IMG/VR virus record: IMGVR_UViG_3300015050_000930
Location: 1-41,411 of that record
Length of the DNA stretch: 41,411 nucleotides
Source: a virus
Taxonomy: Duplodnaviria > Caudoviricetes
Reading direction: 5' to 3' (one strand)
Shown here piece after piece: positions 7,679 through 14,987 of this stretch. Position 1 is the stretch's first letter; each line of letters starts with the position of its first letter. The position numbers were made by a program, and so were the translations under genes. The notes beneath the pieces were generated by a model, which saw only the letters and a list, made by a program, of their open reading frames with translations, made no database searches and had not been told where the DNA came from.

Positions 7679-7974
7679 GCGCCCTTGTCGAGAACTTCCG
7701 CCAGCGTGTCGGCTTCAAAAAGACGCCCATGAACCCCGGTGACAACGGCGAGGCGTTTGCCGGATTTGTTGCCTTCGCCAATGGCAACAGCCCAGAGGCA
7801 ACGGCGATACGTGAGGCGTTCGGGCGCGGCCGGGACATAAACGAACCATTCAAGGAAACAGCCGCCGCCTACATCGATTACATCATCGAAAACCACTGGG
7901 GTGAGGACGCCGCCCTCAGTCCATCACAAGGATCCCCCTCTACTCCCGGGGGTGGGATAGGAGAGCCATTGTGA
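7675..7974 (+). CDS. Hypothetical protein
   Basis: Overlap coupling on both sides. Confidence 0.7.
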   Translation: MSALVENFRQRVGFKKTPMNPGDNGEAFAGFVAFANGNSPEATAIREAFGRGRDINEPFKETAAAYIDYIIENHWGEDAALSPSQGSPSTPGGGIGEPL

Positions 7975-8168
7975 GCCGCCCGCCATCAGCAGAAACCCAG
8001 CTACGCACCGCGAAATCCGAACTCAAGGAGCAGCGTGCCGCTTTGAGTGCGCAAGCCGAAGCTACGGCCATTTGGCGCGGGCGGGCCACCAAGGCAGAAC
8101 AAGAAGTCGCAGAGTGGAAAGCCCGCTTTGACCTGCTCCTGAAACGCACACCTGAAAGCCTTAAATGA
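7971..8168 (+). CDS. Hypothetical coiled-coil protein
   Basis: GTGA overlap; AGGAG RBS. Confidence 0.7.
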   Translation: MSRPPSAETQLRTAKSELKEQRAALSAQAEATAIWRGRATKAEQEVAEWKARFDLLLKRTPESLK

Positions 8169-9418
8169 CCACCAACCCCACCCCAGACCCCACCAAGCCA
8201 GCAGCTGATATGGCGGTAGAGGCGATGCGCGAGAAGTTTGAGGCGCGCGTTAAGTTCAACCCGGCCAATCCGAAGGGCTGTCTAGCGCTTGATGAGGACG
8301 GCGAATATGCCAGCCCGTTCATTTACGCCATGTGGACAGAATTTCAGGCCGGCGCCGAGTTTGCCCGCGCCGCTCTTGCCCGACCGCAGGAGGTGGCGGG
8401 GGTTACGGAGCTGGCCGAGAAGGTTTTCGCGGCTATCGAGCCTCACGCCGATACCAGTTATTGGGGAAACGACGACCGCTCTGACAGCGACGCGAACCGC
8501 AAAATCGGCCGAAAAATCATCGTTGACAAAATCACCAACGCTCTCGCCGCCTCTCGTGCGCCGGTTGCGGTGGGAGTGGAGCCGAGCTTCATGGACACAA
8601 CCGATATGTGGAAACTGGAAAGCCTGGAGCCGGTAGAAGGCTTCGATGAAATCTATCAGCACTACGCCACGACGTTCGGGCGCACGCCAGATGCCTTCAT
8701 GGCGAAGGTGGTAAACGAAACCGAAAAGCGGCTGATGATCTGGTGGGGCGCGCACCGCGACACCATCCGCGCCGCGCTCGTTGCCTTCGAGGACACCCCC
8801 TCCGCCGGTGCTGGTGGCTCAGTGGGTGCAGAGCCAGCCGTTTTCACAAAAGAATGGTGCTTGCGCATGGGTCAGATGGAGGCCGAGCATGTAGGCGAAA
8901 TAGGTGCCGGAACGCTTGCCACCCCGGCTCCTTCTGTTCCTTTGGGCGGTGGTGAGGTGCCTGTCAGCCTCGCCCAAGTAGAGCAGCTCGCACGAACGAT
9001 GTGGCGCGGTGAAGCCGTACCTGGGCGCGTGCTTCGATTCGGTGCCGCTGTTCTCGGGTTGGCAGATGCCGCCCACCCCCTCCAGGCGCAGGATGCCGCC
9101 CCAGTAGAGGCAGCGTTGCCAGATTGGAGGATTCTGAAGATGCACGGCGGCCGACTCGCGCTGATGAGTCCTGGTGGCGACCGCTTCTACTTCATTGACG
9201 ACATAGATGCCGACTATTCCGCAGGGGTGCAGGGGGATGCGGCGCGGCTGCGGGTGTTGCTCGCCGAAGTGGTTGAAGCGCACGACGCCCCCTATCCCGG
9301 TTTTGTGGACGGCGCTGCGCATATGGATGGAATCGCGGCGCAAAACGCTTGGGCTGAGCGCCGCGCCAACTCTCTGGACGCCGCACGCGCCGCCGCTCTG
9401 TCCACTAAGGGAGCCTGA
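8165..9418 (+). CDS. Mosaic accessory protein (Ea/Ead-like patchwork)
   Basis: 417-aa ORF of short domains joined by Ala/Pro-rich linkers. Confidence 0.75.
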   Translation: MTTNPTPDPTKPAADMAVEAMREKFEARVKFNPANPKGCLALDEDGEYASPFIYAMWTEFQAGAEFARAALARPQEVAGVTELAEKVFAAIEPHADTSYWGNDDRSDSDANRKIGRKIIVDKITNALAASRAPVAVGVEPSFMDTTDMWKLESLEPVEGFDEIYQHYATTFGRTPDAFMAKVVNETEKRLMIWWGAHRDTIRAALVAFEDTPSAGAGGSVGAEPAVFTKEWCLRMGQMEAEHVGEIGAGTLATPAPSVPLGGGEVPVSLAQVEQLARTMWRGEAVPGRVLRFGAAVLGLADAAHPLQAQDAAPVEAALPDWRILKMHGGRLALMSPGGDRFYFIDDIDADYSAGVQGDAARLRVLLAEVVEAHDAPYPGFVDGAAHMDGIAAQNAWAERRANSLDAARAAALSTKGA

Positions 9419-9419
9419 C

Positions 9420-9824
9420 ATGGGTTTTGACAATCGTGTTTTCAATGTGAATGGCCGAGGCCTGGAAATGCTCCGCTCGGCGCTCAAGCTGGCTTTCCAG
9501 CAAGACGGTGACAGTACCACCGCCAAGGCCTGGCGATTTGTGCCCGAGAAGGGCTTTGTTCTGCTCTGGGTGCACAACGCTGGCGACGGATCGAACGCCT
9601 TCCCTTGTCCGCTGTCAGCCGATGCCGCCGTTTCCATGGTGTGGGAATGGCTTGAAGGCGAACAAGCCAAGGGCATGAAGTTTGAAGGCTGGGATGCCGA
9701 CTGCGACCACGACGGCCACAACTCCATGGGCTGGCGCGTCTTTACTGGCGACTGGGGGCACATCGCTGGCAACACCTACGCCATTTGCGCAATTCGCCCT
9801 GTTTACCTCTGGCACGGAAAGTGA
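9420..9824 (+). CDS. Hypothetical protein flanked by 12-bp direct repeats
   Basis: AAGGGAG RBS; MGFDNRVF...DHDGHNSMGWRV...YLWHGK. Confidence 0.8.
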   Translation: MGFDNRVFNVNGRGLEMLRSALKLAFQQDGDSTTAKAWRFVPEKGFVLLWVHNAGDGSNAFPCPLSADAAVSMVWEWLEGEQAKGMKFEGWDADCDHDGHNSMGWRVFTGDWGHIAGNTYAICAIRPVYLWHGK

Positions 9825-9831
9825 GCCTGAC

Positions 9832-10533
9832 ATGACGCAATCAATACCCCAACTGCCGGACAAGCGTGCGTTGCTGAATGCCATCGCAGACTATGGCGGC
9901 GCCAAAGAGGCCCGCAATGACGGCCTCACTGCCCAGCACTTCGCAAAGGTGTGCGGTCTGATAGACGCCCTCGCCTCACAGCCTATGGCAGCAATACCCG
10001 AAGGAATGTCCTTGGATTTCACGGATACGGCCCGTGCCGCGCTTTTGTCGGTGCTGTGGCATCACCAAGGCGCAAGCAGCCCAGTCGGCCAACCCATTCG
10101 GTTTGCGCTTGGCATGGGGGTATTTGACGAACTGAACGACCATCAAATCAGCGAGGCCAAGCGCTGGGAATCAATTGCCGCCGCTCCCCAGCCTCTCGCA
10201 GGACAGCAGATCACGGCAGCGCCGCAGGGGGTGGGCGAACTGAGCCAAATCGCGGCAATCATGAAGTACCCCGAGGAGTGGGACACGGCGGTCTACCCTA
10301 CGCTGGTAGAGGCCTGCGACGCGATGAACCATGCTGCTTTCTGCCACGCCGACAACCAGGGTTTTGAATACCCGCCCGCCGCTCTACCACCAGGGCGGGG
10401 GATGGTGCCGATGACGGAAGAGGAAATCACCGAAGTTTGGCGAAAAGCCAAAGATCACGGTGATGACTTGCAGGACGCCATCGGTTTTACCCGCGACATT
10501 GAGCAATTTCACGGCATTAAGGAGGGCTCATGA
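9832..10533 (+). CDS. Hypothetical mosaic accessory protein
   Basis: ORF in operon; ATGA coupling to the next gene. Confidence 0.7.
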   Translation: MTQSIPQLPDKRALLNAIADYGGAKEARNDGLTAQHFAKVCGLIDALASQPMAAIPEGMSLDFTDTARAALLSVLWHHQGASSPVGQPIRFALGMGVFDELNDHQISEAKRWESIAAAPQPLAGQQITAAPQGVGELSQIAAIMKYPEEWDTAVYPTLVEACDAMNHAAFCHADNQGFEYPPAALPPGRGMVPMTEEEITEVWRKAKDHGDDLQDAIGFTRDIEQFHGIKEGS

Positions 10534-10772
10534 GCTACACCACCGCCACAGCCGGCCCGGCAACAGTCCTGCGCCTGGCCGACCTGGAAAAGACCGTTGA
10601 AGCGCTGCGCGGCGTGCCACCGGTTAAATGGATGCTGGTATCGCCCGAGGGCAACGTCTGGGCTGACGAAGACCCCATGAAGCTGGCCCGCATCCTCGCC
10701 ATGCGCAAATTCGGCTTTCCGGGCTTCGGTTCTGGTGCTCTGGGGGGAGCGGGACGTGACAGCGTTCTATAA
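10530..10772 (+). CDS. Hypothetical protein
   Basis: AAGGAGG RBS; ATGA coupling. Confidence 0.7.
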   Translation: MSYTTATAGPATVLRLADLEKTVEALRGVPPVKWMLVSPEGNVWADEDPMKLARILAMRKFGFPGFGSGALGGAGRDSVL

Positions 10773-11685
10773 CGAAATCGACCCCTACGCCGCTCAGTGG
10801 CTCAGGAACCTAATCGCTGCGGGCCACATCGCACCGGGCATTGTTGACGAAAGGAGCATAGAAGATGTTCGACCAGATGAGCTTGCTGGATACACCCAGT
10901 GCCACTTCTTCGCTGGCATCGGGGTCTGGAGCCTTGCCTTGCGTAATGCCGGATGGGCCGATGACCGCCCCGTCTGGACCGGCTCCTGCCCTTGCCAGCC
11001 TTTCAGCGAAGCAGGCAAAGGCCTTGGGTTTGCTGACCAGCGGCACCTCTGGCCGGCCTGGCAGCACCTCATCAGCCAGTGCCGCCCTCCAATCCTGTTT
11101 GGAGAGCAGGTTTCAAAGAAGAACGCAGAGCCTTGGCTCGACCTTGTTCACGATGACCTGGAAGCCGTGGGCTATGCCTTCGGGGCGCTTGCGTTCCCGT
11201 CTGCGGGCATCGGTGCGCCGCACATCAGGGATCGAACCTACTGGGTGGCCCACTCCGACAGCGAACATGGGAACTGGAGCTGGGACTTCGGGACGCGACG
11301 GCGGATTGAAGATTCAATCCGCCGCGAGTCTTGCGGGATGGCCGACGCCGACCACTCCGAGCGGCGGCCAGGTGCAGCCGGCGGGGACCAGCGTGACAGG
11401 CAAGACGCCGGACGGCAAGAAAGTTCAGGTGACGCTCAAGGATGTGGCGAGCCTGGCGCTCCCGGCCCGGTTAACGGCTTCTGGCGTGGTGCTGACTGGA
11501 TCGGATGCCGGGATGGACGGTGGAGGCCTATTAAACCCGGTTCTACCGCGCTGGCTAATGGCTCTCCCAGCCGCGTGGGACGACTGCGCGCCTACGGAAA
11601 CGCCATCAATGCTCAAGCGGCGCAAATCTTCATCGAATCCGTAATGTCCACCCCACCACAACCGCAAGGAGGCGATACCCCATGA
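10756..11685 (+). CDS. C5-cytosine DNA methyltransferase, catalytic chain
   Basis: HFFAGIG (motif I), GSCPCQPFS (IV), FGEQV (VI), PHIRDR (VIII), YGNAI (X); motif IX missing. Confidence 0.92.
   Translation: MTAFYNEIDPYAAQWLRNLIAAGHIAPGIVDERSIEDVRPDELAGYTQCHFFAGIGVWSLALRNAGWADDRPVWTGSCPCQPFSEAGKGLGFADQRHLWPAWQHLISQCRPPILFGEQVSKKNAEPWLDLVHDDLEAVGYAFGALAFPSAGIGAPHIRDRTYWVAHSDSEHGNWSWDFGTRRRIEDSIRRESCGMADADHSERRPGAAGGDQRDRQDAGRQESSGDAQGCGEPGAPGPVNGFWRGADWIGCRDGRWRPIKPGSTALANGSPSRVGRLRAYGNAINAQAAQIFIESVMSTPPQPQGGDTP
10865..11644 (+). CDS. Nested alternative-frame methyltransferase subunit (WPTPT repeats plus motif IX-like segment)
   Basis: 259 open codons inside the MTase; AAGGAG 8 nt before ATG; LNPVLPRWLMALPAAW. 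Confidence 0.7.
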   Translation: MFDQMSLLDTPSATSSLASGSGALPCVMPDGPMTAPSGPAPALASLSAKQAKALGLLTSGTSGRPGSTSSASAALQSCLESRFQRRTQSLGSTLFTMTWKPWAMPSGRLRSRLRASVRRTSGIEPTGWPTPTANMGTGAGTSGRDGGLKIQSAASLAGWPTPTTPSGGQVQPAGTSVTGKTPDGKKVQVTLKDVASLALPARLTASGVVLTGSDAGMDGGGLLNPVLPRWLMALPAAWDDCAPTETPSMLKRRKSSSNP

Positions 11686-11912
11686 GCGACGAAATCAAGC
11701 TCAGTCTTGCAGAGTTAATCGCCATCACCGGATACGAGCTGCCCTGCAAACAATTGGGCGTCCTGCACAAGCGCGGCTTCCACAGGGCCTACATCGCCAC
11801 CAAGGGGGGCGTGGTGCTTGAGCGCGCCCACTATGAGGCGGTCTGTCGCGGCGAGTCCGAGAAGCCGCGCAAGAGCGCTAATATCTCCTTTTTGCACAAA
11901 GCTGCAGCATGA
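11682..11912 (+). CDS. Excisionase / DUF4224-like recombination directionality factor
   Basis: LSLAELIAITGY...KQLGVL winged-helix type; coupled upstream of the integrase. Confidence 0.75.
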   Translation: MSDEIKLSLAELIAITGYELPCKQLGVLHKRGFHRAYIATKGGVVLERAHYEAVCRGESEKPRKSANISFLHKAAA

Positions 11913-13003
11913 TCCGCCGTCGCGCCACCCCTGATGGTCTACCGTTCCGCGTGTACGAGCGGCGTGGCGTGCGCGTGTACAGCATCGGCTACAAGATGAA
12001 GTCCGGGGTATGGGCTTTCCGCTACGAATGCCCCATTGATGACGTTCTGCAGATTGCCAAGCTCCGGCGCAAGGCCATTGAAGAATCGGTGAATGTTGAT
12101 GCCGATGTGCCTACGGGCGGTTTTTCTGGGCTGGTCAAGGCGTGGCTGAAGTGGCAGGAAGAACTACCCGTCAGCGACCTGCGCAAGCGCGCACAGTCAA
12201 CCATGGACGCAAATAAGCCGGAGGCCGACAACCTGGTTAAAGCATTCGGCCACCTTGAGCCCGACGAAATCACCAAGGCCATGGGATACGACTACCTTGA
12301 GGCGTGCGTGCAGGCTGGCAGGCCCGAGAAGGGCAACAAGGAGATTGCGCTGGGCCGGTTGATTCTTGAGTACGGAATCCGCAAAAAGATGCTGGTGGTC
12401 AACCCCTTCGACAAGCTGACCAAGAACAAGACGGTGAAGAGCAAGCGACTTGTCACCGCCGTGGAAATGGATCTAGCCGTTGAGGTGGGCCGCAAGTTCG
12501 GCGGCGCCCGTCACATCGTGGCGATGGGCCTGAAGACTGCCTGGCTGTGCGTTCGGCGCTCCGTCGAGGTGCGCGGCATCAAGCGCGATGGAATCCGCGA
12601 AGACGGCATTCTTTGGGAAGACGGCAAGAGCAAAACCAAGGCAAAGATTTTGATTGAGTGGAGCCCGGAACTGCGAGAAACTATCACCGAGGCCCTGAGC
12701 ATCAAGCGCAACAAGGTAGCCGGGACTATGTTTGTGTTCGGCAACATGCAGGGCCAGCGGTACACCAAAGGCGGATGGAAGTCGATGCTTGATGACCTGA
12801 TGCGCGAATGCGTGAAGGTGGCCGTGGAACGGGAAATTGAGTTCAAGCGCTTCAGCCTTCAAGACTGCCGGCCGATGGGCGTATCCGGGAAATTGGAGCG
12901 CGGTGACACCGACACAAAGAACGCCACCGGTCACACCAGTGACAAGATGATTTCAACGGTTTATGACAGACGCCCGGTTAAGCGGGCAACGCCTGCGGGC
13001 TGA
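11909..13003 (+). CDS. int: Tyrosine integrase
   Basis: R (CVRRSVEV), K (KSK), QDCR (HxxR variant), GH...VY catalytic set. Confidence 0.92.
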   Translation: MIRRRATPDGLPFRVYERRGVRVYSIGYKMKSGVWAFRYECPIDDVLQIAKLRRKAIEESVNVDADVPTGGFSGLVKAWLKWQEELPVSDLRKRAQSTMDANKPEADNLVKAFGHLEPDEITKAMGYDYLEACVQAGRPEKGNKEIALGRLILEYGIRKKMLVVNPFDKLTKNKTVKSKRLVTAVEMDLAVEVGRKFGGARHIVAMGLKTAWLCVRRSVEVRGIKRDGIREDGILWEDGKSKTKAKILIEWSPELRETITEALSIKRNKVAGTMFVFGNMQGQRYTKGGWKSMLDDLMRECVKVAVEREIEFKRFSLQDCRPMGVSGKLERGDTDTKNATGHTSDKMISTVYDRRPVKRATPAG

Positions 13004-13012
13004 AAGGCAAAT

Positions 13013-13411
13013 ATGGGTGTATCAACAAATGCGATTCTGGCCTTTGGCTTTGACTTAGGCGAAGAACTGCCCGAAGTGTGGGCTAACGAAGAGGGATTCG
13101 AATTTACCGAGTGGGCCGAGAAAAAGGCCGGCTTGGTTTGGTCGGCTGATGACAAGGATTTCTGGAAAAAACGTGCGGACATGCTCGCAGCTCTGCCGGT
13201 CACACTGGAGACGCATTGCAGCGGCGATTACCCGATGTATTTTTTGGCGCTCCCCGGCTCAATTACATCCGCTCGGCGTGGCACCCCAGAAGCGGTAACG
13301 ACAAAGGGCGAGCCTTCAGGCCGGCAACTCGCCGCAATGCGCAAGTTCTGCGATGAATTGGGCATCCAGTGGAAAGAGCCCGCATGGCACATATTCAGCT
13401 ACTGGGGCTGA
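13013..13411 (+). CDS. Hypothetical protein between int and attP
   Basis: AAGG RBS; 132-aa ORF. Confidence 0.75.
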   Translation: MGVSTNAILAFGFDLGEELPEVWANEEGFEFTEWAEKKAGLVWSADDKDFWKKRADMLAALPVTLETHCSGDYPMYFLALPGSITSARRGTPEAVTTKGEPSGRQLAAMRKFCDELGIQWKEPAWHIFSYWG

Positions 13412-13506
13412 TGTGTATTCCAAAAACCAAAAAGCACATTCCAAAGTTAGCGAATGCTCTCTGAAATGTGCTGTAAAACTGGCGGAGTGGGCGGGAGGCT
13501 GATGCG

Positions 13507-13878
13507 ATGATTTCAAACTGGGCAAAACAACGCCAAGCCGAAAAGGCGGCGGAGAAATTCAAGCCAGGATGGTATTTGCGCGGGGAGAAGGCGCGCCAAG
13601 AGCGTTTAGATAAGCGCCGGGAGTTGGTGAGGCATCACGCCGCGAAACGCAAGGCCATGAAGCTGCAGCGCACCCCGGCCTGGGCAGACATGGCGGCCAT
13701 CCGGGATTTTTACAAAGAGGCATTGCAGCTAACAGAGCAAACGGGCGTGAAATATGTTGTGGATCACATCATCCCGTTACAGGGTCGCCTGGTGTGCGGG
13801 CTGCATGTGCAGAACAATTTGCAGGTGATTACTTCGGTCGAGAATTGCCAAAAGCACAATCATTTTGAGATTGATTAA
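13507..13878 (+). CDS. HNH endonuclease inside the attP region
   Basis: RTPAWAD...VVDHIIPLQGRLVCGLHVQNNLQVI...NCQKHN; GGGAGG RBS. Confidence 0.9.
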   Translation: MISNWAKQRQAEKAAEKFKPGWYLRGEKARQERLDKRRELVRHHAAKRKAMKLQRTPAWADMAAIRDFYKEALQLTEQTGVKYVVDHIIPLQGRLVCGLHVQNNLQVITSVENCQKHNHFEID

Positions 13879-13950
13879 AGCAATGATATTCCAAAGTCTA
13901 AGATTGAAATTCCAACGCTATGCAAATGATAGCGCTGGAACCAATATAGA

Positions 13951-14000
13951 TGGCGGAGTGGACGGGACTCGAACCCGCGACCCCCGGCGTGACAGGCCGG
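13951..14000 (-). other. attP core: 3' 50 nt of tRNA-Asp(GTC)
   Basis: Minus strand CCGGC-CTGTCAC-GCCGG GGGTC GCGGG-TTCGAGT-CCCGT CCACTCC G CCA; 5' half absent; downstream of int. Confidence 0.93.
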
Positions 14001-14120
14001 GACCAAAAACCAGCAACGGCGCGGGAAGTAGCTACTTTCCAGATTCCAAAGTCCCCCATAACGGCCCAGCATTTGCGCGGGGCGGTGGGTGGCTATTCCA
14101 AAGTTTTTTAAGGAGCAAGT

Positions 14121-14303
14121 ATGAAAATCATTAGACACGGTCAGAAGCCAGAGGAAAAGACTTACGAGGTCACTTGCGCGCACTGCCGAACCGTTTTCGA
14201 GTTCACGCAAGGTGAGGCAAAGTACAGGTCGGATCAAAGAGACGGCGACTACCTTGAGATTCCGTGTCCAGTTTGCTCCAAGACCGTCACGAAGTCAGTA
14301 TGA
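14121..14303 (+). CDS. Small zinc-ribbon protein
   Basis: CAHC...CPVC; AAGGAG RBS. Confidence 0.8.
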   Translation: MKIIRHGQKPEEKTYEVTCAHCRTVFEFTQGEAKYRSDQRDGDYLEIPCPVCSKTVTKSV

Positions 14304-14536
14304 AGGCTGCGACCATTGCTTACTTGCCATGGCTCCTGTCGGCGATCACGATCTGGATGACTCTGTTGGCGGGGAACATGCACCGCAATGCGTGGCTTGT
14401 CGGCCTTTTCAATCAGGCGCTGTGGGCGGTCTGGATTGTCCTGTCCGGCACATGGGGGCTTGTTCCCCTGAATCTCGCGCTGTGGGTGGTCTATTACCGC
14501 AATCACGCCAAATGGGCCAAAGAGCCCACCCCATGA
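14300..14536 (+). CDS. Small 3-TM membrane protein (PnuC-like half)
   Basis: Trp-rich hydrophobic ORF; ATGA coupling. Confidence 0.7.
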   Translation: MKAATIAYLPWLLSAITIWMTLLAGNMHRNAWLVGLFNQALWAVWIVLSGTWGLVPLNLALWVVYYRNHAKWAKEPTP

Positions 14537-14577
14537 CCCCGCTATCCTTCCCCCATTACACCGAAAAGGAGTGAGTG

Positions 14578-14916
14578 ATGACTGATAAAGAGCTGTTGAA
14601 GTTCGCGGCTAAGGCCGTCGGGATTGAATTGGAGTGGGACTCAAGAGGCGCGTACGAAGTCATTCCTGGCGTCACCGGAAGTGAGAAAACTTGGGGCCCG
14701 CTGACCAATGACGGTGACGCGCTGAGGCTGGCCGTGCCACTAAACTTAACGATATCTACGGGAGGCGGCGGGCCTCGCGATCCGCACAAAGCCAATATCA
14801 GGGTTTGGCGTTTTGGTGTGCCAGGCGTCTGTGAGCCTAAAGGCTTCGATTCTCTTGCCGCCACCCGCCGCGCCATCGTCCGCGCCGCCGCTGAAATCGG
14901 CAAAGCCATGCCCTAA
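14578..14916 (+). CDS. Phage protein, paralogue of 40855..41193
   Basis: ELL.AAKA.GI...W.PL..DG.ALRL...TRRAI..AAAEIGKA; AAGGAG RBS. Confidence 0.8.
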   Translation: MTDKELLKFAAKAVGIELEWDSRGAYEVIPGVTGSEKTWGPLTNDGDALRLAVPLNLTISTGGGGPRDPHKANIRVWRFGVPGVCEPKGFDSLAATRRAIVRAAAEIGKAMP

Positions 14917-14987
14917 CTGGTCAAATTCACCAAGCCACACACCCAAGCTGATGGTATGGTGCAGCAAACAAAAAAGGGACGAATGAA

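Larger units (their letters stand above)
13417..14104 (+). repeat. Putative integrase arm-type sites ATTCCAAAGT
   Basis: Perfect 10-mers at 13438, 13888, 14043, 14095; variants at 13417 and 13909. Confidence 0.7.

Noticed and set aside
13951-14000. Functional tRNA-Asp gene
   Set aside because: No 5' acceptor strand or D arm beyond 14000; it is the attP core
13417-14104. CRISPR-like or ncRNA repeat array
   Set aside because: Repeats are 10 bp, irregularly spaced and flank attP; arm-type integrase sites fit better
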